DNA of 27,117 nucleotides, filler included, from an uncultured virus (IMG/VR IMGVR_UViG_2061766007_004269) (taxonomy: Duplodnaviria; Heunggongvirae; Uroviricota; Caudoviricetes). It is 2 parts of one record of this genome, joined end to end, with 100 filler letters (N's around TTAATTAATTAA, not from the genome) between each part and the next. Parts side by side here need not be neighbours in the genome. Positions count along the whole stretch, not along the records: positions 1 to 1,306 come from IMGVR_UViG_2061766007_004269; positions 1,407 to 27,117 come from IMGVR_UViG_2061766007_004269. The stretch is one strand, 5' to 3'. Numbering within the stretch: position 1 is the first letter of the stretch; each line of letters begins with the position of its first letter. This document shows positions 1 to 8,348 of this stretch, one piece after another. Made by a program: the position numbers and the translations under genes. Below the pieces are notes generated by a model. It was not told the DNA's origin. It was given only the letters and a program-made list of their open reading frames with translations, and did no database searches.

Positions 1-474
1 TTGACCAAAGAAGCATTCGTCCGGCAGGTGGAGGAAGCGCGGGGAACGCTGTACCGCGTGGCCTGCGCCTATCTGCGGCAGGAGGCCGACCGGAATGACG
101 CGGTGCAGGAAGCGCTTTTGAAGGCGTGGAAAAACCTGCATAAGCTGCGGGAGGAAAGCTATTTCAAAACCTGGCTCATCCGCATCCTGATCCGGGAATG
201 CGTGAATATCCAGCGCGGACAGAAGCGAATGCGGCCGGTGGAAAGGGTGCCGGACAGGGCGGCGGAGGATGGCGGACAGCATACCGGCCTCCGGGACGCC
301 ATCCTGGCCCTGCCGGAGCCGCTGCGCATCGTGATCGTGCTGCGGTACATGGAGGAATACCCGGTGGAGGAAATGGCCCGCGTCCTGCGCGTGCCCAAGG
401 GAACGGTGTGCTCCCGCCTGGCCCGGGCGCGGAAACGGATGAAGGAATACCTGGAGGAGGAAGCGGACACATGA
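1..474 (+). CDS. ECF-type RNA polymerase sigma-70 factor
   Basis: 157 aa. Region 2 motifs 'DAVQEALLKAWKNL...FKTWLIRIL' and region 4 HTH 'EEMARVLRVPKGTVCSRLARAR'. Confidence 0.93.
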   Translation: MTKEAFVRQVEEARGTLYRVACAYLRQEADRNDAVQEALLKAWKNLHKLREESYFKTWLIRILIRECVNIQRGQKRMRPVERVPDRAAEDGGQHTGLRDAILALPEPLRIVIVLRYMEEYPVEEMARVLRVPKGTVCSRLARARKRMKEYLEEEADT

Positions 475-1306
475 AGCAGCAGGATTGGCGGGCGGNNNNN
501 NNNNNATACACATAGGACGCGCCTTTCACAGCGTAGTACGCGCCGCCCTGATCCTCCACGTTCTCCGTCAGCTTTTCCAGGCCCAGCTGATCCGCTAAGG
601 CCGCCAGGGANNNNNNNNNNGGCGAAGAAGTTGCCGATCCTGTCGTTGACGGGCACGCCGTCCTCGCCCACNNNNNNNNNNGGCGATCCAAAGGACGCTG
701 AATCAATTGAAGGAGGAACCGAAAGTGTTGAAAATATCAGTGAAAACAATTGCGTTGGCCCTGGCGGTTCTGCTGGCGCTCACCGGCGTTGTGTACGCCG
801 CCGCCACCGGCTGGAAGATCNNNNNNNNNNTTCCTTCTCGGAGTAGATCACATAGTAGGTGGGGCCGGCCGCCCACACGTCAAAAGCGAAGAAGTTGCCG
901 ATCCTGTCGTTGACGGGCACGCCGTCCTCGCCCACNNNNNNNNNNCCGGCAATCTGCCCCAGGATTTTGACACCGGCTTTGACCGAGATTACACCCAGGA
1001 GCTGTGCGGCCTTCGTTTCCACATCCGGGACGCCTATGTGGACGGCGATATTCTCATCGCCCTGACGGAAATCTCCCGGATCGACGGCCAGCCGGCCATT
1101 TTCCTGACCGACGGAATCTTCGAAGACGATCCCATCGACTGTTATGATCAGGTGCTGTCCTGGGAGCTTCGGGACGGGCGCTCCATCACCGAATACGCCA
1201 AAGAAAACGATCTGCCCGTCTATCGCGTGGGAAATGAGTTTGAGCAGGGCGCCCCCGCCGACGCCGTGTGCGACGAATGGGCGGAAGAGGATTTCAGGTA
1301 TCTGGT
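471..1306 (+). CDS. Probable membrane anti-sigma factor (DUF4179-like), fragmented by gaps and interleaved foreign fragments
   Basis: ATGA overlap with the sigma gene (MKQQDWRA...). Single TM segment 'KTIALALAVLLALTGVVYAAA' at ~740-805, then an extracellular segment at 946-1306. The 3' end is lost in Ns. Confidence 0.65.
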
Positions 1307-1350
1307 NNNNNNNNNNNNNNNNNNNNNNNNNNNNNNNNNNNNNNNNNNNN

Positions 1351-1362
1351 TTAATTAATTAA
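1351..1362. other. Artificial six-frame-stop contig linker TTAATTAATTAA
   Basis: Palindromic all-frame stop 12-mer flanked by N runs on both sides in otherwise high-GC DNA. Confidence 0.9.
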
Positions 1363-1406
1363 NNNNNNNNNNNNNNNNNNNNNNNNNNNNNNNNNNNNNN
1401 NNNNNN

Positions 1407-2418
1407 TTTCCATCCAGTCCAGGGTTTCGCCGGATTCGGCGATGAACTTTTCCACCACGTCCAGTTTGGCGTCCTGCACGCCGTCGATGGTGGTGTATTC
1501 CGCCCAGTCGGCCAGCAGATCGGCCGGAGGCACGATTTCGCCGCCGTTGGCCGCCACGCGGGAAGGCGGATTGATGGCCATGGGGCCGGAGGTATTGGTG
1601 GAGTTGCCGCCGATCTTGGCGGCGGTTTCGATGCCGAACACCGTGGCGCCCTGCTCCGCGGCGGAGAGATACGCCGTCATGCCGGCGCCGCCCAGGCCCA
1701 CCACGATCACGTCGTAGCCGTCCAATTCGATCACGGCGTCAGATTTGGCGATGGGCTGATGCCAGTCCGCCGCGCTGCCGCCCGCCAGTCCGATGGCCTG
1801 CTCCACGGCCTGCTTCACCGCGTTGGACGCCACCGTCGCGCCGCTGATCGCGTCGGTTTCCAGGCTCTGGTTCTCGATCAGGCGGGGATAGAGGCGCTCC
1901 TCCACCGTGGCGAAGATGGCGGGGGTGTTGCCCGCGGCCACGGTTTCGATGCCGGCCAGCTTGCCGCCTTCAAAGGTGACGTTCAGCGTCATCTGCTCCG
2001 TGACGGAGTAGGCCGGCACGGTCACGGTGTAGGTGCCGTCCTGCACGGCGGCCGCGCCGCCCGCCTGGCCCGCCTGGGCTTTAATCACGTCCAGCGCGTT
2101 TTTGACGGCGTTGGAGGTGATGGTGGCGCTGGCGATGGCGTCGATGGACGCGGTGTCCACGTCGGCCAGCTTCTGGCCCACCAGGGCCGCCAGTGCGCCT
2201 TCATTCAGTTTTTTGGCCGCGGCGCCGCCGATGGCCGGGGTCTGGGTAGAGCCGTCGGCGGTGACGGCGGTGATGACGCCCGCGTCATCCAGTTCCACGG
2301 TCACGGTCACGTCCCCGCCAAAGCCCAGCACGGCCGCGCTCAGCGTTTCGGCCGATGCCGCGCTCATCAGGCTCATGACCATCGCCAGGCAGAGCAGCAC
2401 AGAAATCAACTTTTTCAT
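1407..2418 (-). CDS. Secreted FAD-dependent oxidoreductase (fumarate/urocanate reductase flavoprotein superfamily) with two FMN-binding domains; 5' part only
   Basis: Signal peptide MKKLISVLLCLAMVMSLMSAASA. Two flavinylation-type motifs 'IDAIASATITSNAV' and 'TDAISGATVASNAV'. FAD motif 'YDVIVVGLGGAGMTA...IGGNS'. RBS AAGGGAGGA. Confidence 0.88.
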
Positions 2419-2466
2419 TGGTTCGTCCTCCCTTGTATTGAATTGCGGAACAAGAAAACCGTTATT

Positions 2467-2495
2467 ATTATAAGCGAAGCGGAAAGAAAATGCAA
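2467..2495 (-). promoter_or_regulatory. Putative sigma-A promoter of the reductase gene
   Basis: Minus strand TTGCAT-17 nt-TATAAT, with an inverted repeat AACAGA-N9-TCTGTT (2494-2514) abutting the -35. Confidence 0.6.
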
Positions 2496-2547
2496 CAGAA
2501 ATTCCGTATCTGTTATTTTGCGGTGCAAAGGAGGCCCGCGGGAATAG

Positions 2548-2590
2548 AAAAAGGACCTATGCTTCATTGCTGAAGTATAAGTCCTTTTTT
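2548..2590. terminator. Intrinsic (likely bidirectional) terminator downstream of the integrase
   Basis: AAAAAGGAC-C-TATGCTTCA-ttgc-TGAAGTATA-A-GTCCTTTTTT hairpin with A and T tracts on either side. Confidence 0.75.
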
Positions 2591-2605
2591 CCTGACTACT
2601 CAAGG

Positions 2606-4094
2606 TCAGTGACTGCAATCTCCAGGACGAACAGCCCGTGCGTCATGTAAATGATCGGCGCTTTGAATTCGTCCAGAGAAACTGTGGTGGAGCTCAGACG
2701 AGCTTGGACGAACACTGGCCTCTGCTTCTTCCGCAACCGTTTCGATATCAAAGGGGATTTCAGACGTATCGTGGCCATCCTTGGTGTAGTTGAAAACGAT
2801 CTTCAGGTGATCATCGTAAACGTACACGGCACGCAGGAACATATTGAACAGCAGCTCCTGGTAGGATTTATCCTCCACATCTCCGACACGCACCAGGGAC
2901 AGGGCTGCGATTATATCCTCCCGGGTGAGCCTGTCCAGTGGATCGGGGGTTTTGATGGCGATCTTGGCGGTCAGATCCGCTTTTTGGTTTTCCAGCTCGT
3001 TCAACCTGTCTTTTGTGGTCGGGGTGATGATCCCCTGCTCGATCGCCGACAAAAGATTCTTGATGGCGCTCTCCACCTGGGCGAGCTGCGATTTCAGGAT
3101 GGAAACCTCCACCGGCTCGGCGTGCTTTTTCTGGTATTCTATGGACAGATCGGCCAGCCATTCGATCATTCCGTCCTGCAAAGCATACTCTTTCAGCGCC
3201 CTGGCCACCAGCAGTTCAAGACGTTCACGCCCGATTGCCTGTTTGTCACAGGCTTTATCGATTGCCTGTTTCTTGCAGGCATAATAAGCATAAAGCTGGC
3301 CTGTTCTGCTGGTGCCGGATTTCCCGATCATGGCTGATTTGCAATGCCCGCAGTATGCTTTCCCTGTCAGCAGGTACACGCTGTTTTCCCTCCGTTTCAT
3401 AATTGGGCTGTTTCGTGGATTCGCTTTCAGTTTCAATCGCTCCTGGACTGCATAGAAGGTGGATTTGTCAATGATCGCCGGCACGCCGTTTTCTATGCGG
3501 TAATCGCCGTAGATGTAAAATCCGATATACCGTTCGTTGGACAGCAGCTTTCCGAAAGATGACTTATTCCAAAGCGCTTTCTTTTTCGTTCTGATTCCGC
3601 GTTTATTCAGATCGCGGGCAATATTCGCCAGGTTATCCCCGTGCAGGACGCGGGAGAAGATCTCCTTCACGATCTCCGCCTCCTGGGGCTCAATCGCGAA
3701 TCTGCCATCCTCGCCTTTCCTGTACCCAAAGGGCAGCGCCGTAGTGACCATGCACTTTTCCGCGTTGTCGTTCAGCCCCCGGCGGATTTTTGTCGCCAGT
3801 TCCTTGCTGTAATACTCCGCAAGGCCTTCCAGCATGGATTCCAGGAGAATCCCGGTGGGGTCATCGCTGATATTCTCCATGGCGCTGAGAACGCGGACGC
3901 CGTTTTCCCGAAGGTGGCGCTTATACACCACGCTGTCATAGCGATCCCGGGCGAAGCGATCCAGTGAATAGACGATCACATACTGGAAAGCGCCTTTTTT
4001 GGAATCCTCGATCATCCGCTGAAATTCCGGCCTGTTATCGCTGGTGCCTGTCAGAGCGCGGTCCGCATAGATATTGACGATTTTCAGATCCTGG
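2606..4094 (-). CDS. Large serine recombinase (phage integrase); N-terminus in gap
   Basis: The frame extends upstream of the listed ORF (QDLKIVNIYADRALTGTSDNRPEFQRMI). Motifs 'VIVYSLDRFARD', 'PFGY', zinc ribbon 'YLLTGKAYCGHC...YYAC...C' and a coiled coil. The probable GTG start is at 4370, behind a purine-rich RBS. Confidence 0.95.
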
Positions 4095-4157
4095 NNNNNN
4101 NNNNNNNNNNNNNNNNNNNNNNNNNNNNNNNNNNNNNNNNNNNNNNNNNNNNNNNNN

Positions 4158-4351
4158 GCTGGACGTGGTGGAAAAGTTTATTGCCGAATCCGGCGAAACC
4201 CTGGACTGGATGGAAGGCTACACCTTTGAATTCGGCGCTTCCATGCGGGCGTTCTTCCATCCCGCCAACTGGGCGGTGTGGACCTCCTACGCCGGCAAGG
4301 ACGGCGCCACCAAGGACGACGCCTACGTGCAGGCCATGGACATCGCCAAGG
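4158..4351 (+). other. Displaced internal fragment of the host FAD reductase gene (variant allele)
   Basis: 4159-4215 is the reverse complement of 1408-1464 with two synonymous changes. It continues the reductase reading frame and is bounded by Ns. Confidence 0.8.
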
Positions 4352-4406
4352 NNNNNNNNNNCTTTTTCACCTCTTGTCTCCCCCCTATGTAAACAACTTA
4401 GTAACT

Positions 4407-4952
4407 TTAAGATCTTGATACTCTTATTATCTTCTTAAGATCTCTCTTATGATTCTCTTTAACATACTTGTTTTCTTCCTGAGGAATAGAGANNNNNNNN
4501 NNNNNNNNNNNNNNNNNNNNNNNNNNNNNNNNNNNNNNNNNNNNNNNNNNNNNNNNNNNNNNNNNNNNNNNNNNNNNNNNNNNNNNNNNNNNNNNNNNNN
4601 NNNNNNNNNNNNNNNNNNNNNNNNNNNNNNNNNNNNNNNNNNNNNNNNNNNNNNNNNNNNNNNNNNNNNNNNNNNNNNNNNNNNNNNNNNNNNNNNNNNN
4701 NNNNNNNNNNNNNNNNNNNNNNNNNNNNNNNNNNNNNNNNNNNNNNNNNNNNNNNNNNNNNNNNNNNNNNNNNNNNNNNNNNNNNNNNNNNNNNNNNNNN
4801 NNNNNNNNNNNNNNNNNNNNNNNNNNNNNNNNNNNNNNNNNNNNNNNNNNNNNNNNNNNNNNNNNNNNNNNNNNNNNNNNNNNNNNNNNNNTTTCATCGA
4901 CAAGCTGTACTGTGAACAATGATTTCGGAATAAAGAGGGCTATCTCATTCAT
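4407..4952 (-). CDS. AT-rich hypothetical protein in the lysogeny module (mostly gap)
   Basis: Start overlaps the upstream gene. Only the termini are sequenced (MNEIALFIPK...; ...KKIIRVSRS*), and joining them is an assumption. Confidence 0.45.
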   Translation of the reverse strand: MNEIALFIPKSLFTVQLVDEXXXXXXXXXXXXXXXXXXXXXXXXXXXXXXXXXXXXXXXXXXXXXXXXXXXXXXXXXXXXXXXXXXXXXXXXXXXXXXXXXXXXXXXXXXXXXXXXXXXXXXXXXXXXXXXXXXXXXXXXXXXXXXXXXXXXXXSIPQEENKYVKENHKRDLKKIIRVSRS

Positions 4953-5221
4953 GGGGTAGCCCTTTTTTTAATTCGTCAAAGAATTCTTCCAGTCTACTTT
5001 TCATTCCTTCCAATCTGCCAATCCAGCGTNNNNNNNNNNNNNNNTGAAAATGTCGCCATGTTTCTGTAGAAATTCGCCACGTTTTGATTCCCGCCTGATT
5101 GCTCGATTTCCCAAGCTTCGGAAAGAAGCTTTCGGCAAAACGCTGCGCTATGTTCTTCACTAAAGCCGGCGACTTGTTCAATTATGGCAATCTTCTCGTC
5201 AAGCGTCATTTCATTCGCCAT
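4945..5221 (-). CDS. Hypothetical protein coupled to the repressor (~92 aa)
   Basis: RBS GGAGGGAG before ATG 5221 (MANEMTLDEK...). Continues across a short gap into ...EEFFDELKKGLPHE*. Confidence 0.6.
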
Positions 5222-5627
5222 CAGATGCTTCTCCCTCCGGATTGGCTTTCAGCTTTTCAACGAAATCCCGGAACATGGCCCACTGTTCATCCGTCCAGCA
5301 CTTAGCGGCCATCACAGCCAGGGATTTGAAGTAAGGGGATTCATCCGGCGTGTGCTCTTCGACGAAAGCCCTGAAGCGTTCCTCCGGCTGCGGGGTTCTG
5401 AACATCTCGCCTTCGCCGGTCGTCAGCCAGATATAGTTAACATTGAACGTGGCGCAGATCAGCTTCAATGTGCTTTCTGGGATGCCACTTGGGAGGCGGT
5501 TTTCGGCATCCTCAAGGTTATAAACTGCGTCTTTTGATATACCGAGCCTTTTACCAAATTCTTCTCGAGTTAGCTTTTTCTTGGAAACCGTTTCTCTAAT
5601 ACGTTTGATTCTCTGTGAAATACTCAT
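5211..5627 (-). CDS. XRE-family HTH phage repressor (CI-like)
   Basis: 'QRIKRIR...LTREEFGKRLGISKDAVYNLE...ICATFNVNYIWLTTGEGEM'. RBS GGAGGTGA before ATG 5627. No S24 peptidase domain. Confidence 0.92.
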   Translation of the reverse strand: MSISQRIKRIRETVSKKKLTREEFGKRLGISKDAVYNLEDAENRLPSGIPESTLKLICATFNVNYIWLTTGEGEMFRTPQPEERFRAFVEEHTPDESPYFKSLAVMAAKCWTDEQWAMFRDFVEKLKANPEGEASDGE

Positions 5628-5645
5628 TTGATCACCTCCGAATTG

Positions 5646-5674
5646 ATTATACAACAAGAAAAAATCGTTGTCAA
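5646..5674 (-). promoter_or_regulatory. Leftward (repressor/lysogeny) sigma-A promoter
   Basis: Perfect TTGACA-17 nt-TATAAT on the minus strand. Confidence 0.85.
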
Positions 5675-5739
5675 ACGAAAATTTTTCAAATTACCGTTGA
5701 CAAACGATTTTTGTTGTGCTATTATTCGTTACAGGACGA
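5665..5739. promoter_or_regulatory. Three putative repressor operators TCGT-N6-ACGA
   Basis: TCGTtgtcaaACGA 5665-5678, CCGTtgacaaACGA 5694-5707, TCGTtacaggACGA 5726-5739. Confidence 0.7.
5697..5725 (+). promoter_or_regulatory. Rightward (early lytic) sigma-A promoter
   Basis: TTGACA-17 nt-TATTAT with a TGn extended -10. Confidence 0.85.
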
Positions 5740-5762
5740 AGCAAAGAAAGGTGGTGAACGAC

Positions 5763-5942
5763 TTGAGCGAAAAAGAAAAAGGCGCAATCCTGGAACAGGC
5801 GGCAAACCTGCCCCCGCTGCTGAAGGCCCGTGCTGAAGGATTCATGCAGGGCCTGACCGCCGCCACGGNNNNNNNNNNNNNNNNNNNNNNNNNNNNNGGC
5901 AAGGAACAGGAGGATAAGAAGGATGACAAGAAAGCCGGATAA
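5763..5942 (+). CDS. Small first early-lytic protein (no HTH evident)
   Basis: RBS AAAGGTGGTGA then TTG. MSEKEKGAILEQAANLPPLLKARAEGFMQGL... Confidence 0.6.
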   Translation: MSEKEKGAILEQAANLPPLLKARAEGFMQGLTAATXXXXXXXXXXGKEQEDKKDDKKAG

Positions 5943-6111
5943 GAACGAAGAAATCAAAAATGCCCTCCGCGAACAGATGGAGCTGTTGCGGGGGGCGAGC
6001 GATCTGATCAGCGCTCATGGCTGCTGCGATGAAGAATCATGCCGCATCCTGTGCAATCTGACAGATGCTCTGGTGAAGGCGGCTATGTGCTTTCGTGACG
6101 TATCCGCTTGA
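5923..6111 (+). CDS. Hypothetical phage protein
   Basis: 62-aa ORF overlapping the upstream gene in the early operon. Confidence 0.55.
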   Translation: MTRKPDKNEEIKNALREQMELLRGASDLISAHGCCDEESCRILCNLTDALVKAAMCFRDVSA

Positions 6112-6253
6112 GTTCATCATTGATCCGCTTGTAGGCATCCATGTAGATCCTTGTGAACTCTTCTGGGGTCGTATTCTCCGTCAGATGTTCCTTGGCGTAA
6201 GCGAGCGCAAGCGCTTCCGCACGGCACGACGGGAAGAAAGAAGCATCAGCCAA
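6083..6253 (-). CDS. Small counter-oriented phage protein (56 aa), absent from the ORF track
   Basis: RBS AAAGGAGGTGA then TTG. MADASFFPSCRAEALALAYAKEHLTENTTPEEFTRIYMDAYKRINDELKRIRHEST*. Confidence 0.7.
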   Translation of the reverse strand: MADASFFPSCRAEALALAYAKEHLTENTTPEEFTRIYMDAYKRINDELKRIRHEST

Positions 6254-6276
6254 TACAATCACCTCCTTTCGCTTCT

Positions 6277-6305
6277 ATGATACCAGCGAAAGGCGGAAAT
6301 GACAA
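6277..6305 (-). promoter_or_regulatory. Putative promoter for the counter-oriented small gene
   Basis: Minus strand TTGTCA-17 nt-TATCAT with TGn extension. Confidence 0.6.
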
Positions 6306-6328
6306 CCAAGAGAGAAAGGGGTGATCCC

Positions 6329-6514
6329 ATGGAAGCGGCAGAAGCCGCGAATGTACAGTTTGACCCGTCCCTCATCCCCCCAGAAGCCGCCGAGCATCTG
6401 GCGGCAGAAACCCTCCGGCTGGTGCTCTGGATGAGGACCATTCCCAGATACCGGGAAGCCATGGAAGAAATCAAAGCAGCACTGCGGCTGCGGGACAGCG
6501 GAGGGGCGATATGA
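6329..6514 (+). CDS. Hypothetical phage protein
   Basis: RBS AAAGGGGTGA before ATG 6329; 61 aa. Confidence 0.55.
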   Translation: MEAAEAANVQFDPSLIPPEAAEHLAAETLRLVLWMRTIPRYREAMEEIKAALRLRDSGGAI

Positions 6515-6520
6515 AAGCAA

Positions 6521-6829
6521 ATGAAAAGCCCGGCCTGCTGGAACAGGACCGAGCCGNNNNNNNNNNNNNNNNNNAACCAGGATTCTGTCAAGGCGAATTG
6601 GCTGGAAGATTTTCGTGTACGCCATGGGCACAAAGGCACTGAAATCGTCGAAGCCATTCGCCTTTTGTTTCCCGGTTTTGACAAGGCGCTGCTCTCGAAG
6701 TGCTTGAAGCCGGAGAAATACGGAATCCGGCTCACCCCTGAGGCTATGTCAGCAATCATCGACCATTTAGGAACACGGCCTGAAGGGACGTGTGACGCGG
6801 ACCCAGCCAACCCAAAAGAACCCAGATAG
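6521..6829 (+). CDS. Hypothetical phage protein (start uncertain, gap)
   Basis: Open frame '...VEAIRLLFPGFDKALLSKCLKPEKYGIRL...' in operon position. Confidence 0.55.
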   Translation: MKSPACWNRTEPXXXXXXNQDSVKANWLEDFRVRHGHKGTEIVEAIRLLFPGFDKALLSKCLKPEKYGIRLTPEAMSAIIDHLGTRPEGTCDADPANPKEPR

Positions 6830-6883
6830 CACGCGCCGCCGCAGGCGAGGGCGTGCGGGCAACACAGAAAGGAGCCAAGAAAA

Positions 6884-7839
6884 ATGATCCAACACGGCTA
6901 CGAAATGGACTTCACTAAACAGAACTTCGGCGTGATCCTNNNNNNNNNNNNNNNNNNNNNNNNACCACCCTGGCCATGAGCGACGGCGCGAACGGCGCTG
7001 AAACCCTGGTGCTGGATCTGGAACGCGGTATCGGCCGCACGAAACCCGTTCACCGCATGAGCGCCATGGTGCTCACCGCCGAAAACTACGAGGAAGTAAA
7101 AGCGGTGCTGGATACGCCGGAAGCAGCAAAAGCCAAGAACATCGTGATCGACACCTGCGGCGCCCTGGTGGATTACATCAAGGATTGGGCATTCCGCACC
7201 AGGCCGGAAGCCCGCACCAAAGCCGGCGAATGGAATGGCCTGAAGGGCTTCGGCATCGTGAAATCCGAAATGGACAGCTTCACCAGCCGGATCAAGAACG
7301 CCCTTCACAAGAACATCATCTACATCTTCCACTGTGACGAAAAAGCCGATAAGGACGGCAACCCCGTTCAGCGCCTGCGCTGCGAAGGCGCGTTCCGCAA
7401 TACCGTATGGACGGGCATTGATTTTGGCGGCTATATCCAGATGATCGGCAATAAGCGCATGATCTGCTTCTCTCCCGAACAGGAATTCTTCGCTAAGGGT
7501 TGCCACGGCATCGAAGGCCAGATCCCGATCCCCGCCCTGGTGCCTGGCGCGAAAAACGATTTCCTGGCCCGGATGTTTGATACCGCCCGGAAGAACATGC
7601 AAGCCGAGCAGGACGAATTGGGCCCGCTGATGGCGCAGTACGAATCGGTGATGGCGGCAGTANNNNNNNNNNNNNNNNNNNNNNNNNNNNNNNNNNNNNN
7701 NNGAACTCCCGTCGTATCCCCACGCGCTGACCAGCAAAGCCGAAGCCAGCGCCCTGCTGCGGGAAAAAACCAGGAGCATGGGCCTGACGTGGAGCACTCC
7801 GGCCAACGGATACGTGCCGGCCGCCATGAATAACGGTCA
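6884..7839 (+). CDS. AAA-family ATPase, Sak4-like phage recombinase
   Basis: RBS AAAGGAG and ATG 6884. Walker A falls in the gap, ending '..TTLA'. Motifs 'LVLDLERG', Walker B 'IVIDT', 'IIYIFH', 'DFGGY'. The C-terminus 'HALTSK...' is in another frame after a gap. Confidence 0.8.
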
Positions 7840-7869
7840 NNNNNNNNNNNNNNNNNNNNNNNNNNNNNN

Positions 7870-8348
7870 CCCAATCCCTTCTTTCCGCCTGGCTGTATAC
7901 CTACAGCTGCATGGAAGGATGCGAGCAGGACGCGGAGGCTGATTTCCTCCGCACCCTGCGAAGGGAACCCATGGAAGAACCCAGCGAAGCCATCATCAAC
8001 GGCATCAATTTTGAAAACGGAGTCTACGCCTTGGTGAACGATCCGAAGGATCTGTCGGTCTATCCTGCCTGGCGGCAGGCTTCGGCCAGGATCGCCGATA
8101 TCATCCGGGGCGGCCAGATCCAGGTGAAGGTGCAGCGGGATATCGAAGTGGACGGAGAAACCTATCTGCTCTATGGCATCTGTGACGNNNNNNNNNNCCC
8201 TTGGCGATGTCCATGGCCTGCACGTAGGCGTCGTCCTTGGTGGCGCCGNNNNNNNNNNTACATCGGAGACACCATCCGCCATTTCAGGAATGAGCTTCGC
8301 CGGCGCGGGCTGGAAGCATTGTATCTGGAAAAGTGGGGCGCTAAATGA
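7870..8348 (+). CDS. Probable PD-(D/E)XK-type nuclease partner of Sak4 (incomplete, interrupted by a misplaced fragment)
   Basis: 'QSLLSAW...GINFE...Q...LLYGICD' pattern and position directly after the AAA ATPase. Confidence 0.55.

Noticed and set aside
621..935. 50-nt direct repeat as a CRISPR or other repeat array
   Set aside because: Only two copies, both N-bounded coding fragments, with no spacers and no cas genes.
2684..2713. tRNA or tmRNA gene suggested by GTTCG...CTCCACCA
   Set aside because: No cloverleaf or canonical T-arm spacing, and it lies within the integrase CDS. Treated as att-like instead.
2651..3967. Plus-strand ORFs antisense to the integrase (and similar shadow ORFs elsewhere)
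   Set aside because: Shadow frames of high-GC coding sequence, with no motifs or RBS.
1408..4215. 57-nt inverted repeat flanking a serine recombinase and the reductase 5' half, suggesting an invertible C-terminus-swapping (shufflon-like) segment
   Set aside because: The right copy is an N-bounded fragment that splits the integrase from its apparent start (4370). Similar fragments occur inside other genes, and the recombinase is a large integrase type. An assembly artifact is more parsimonious.
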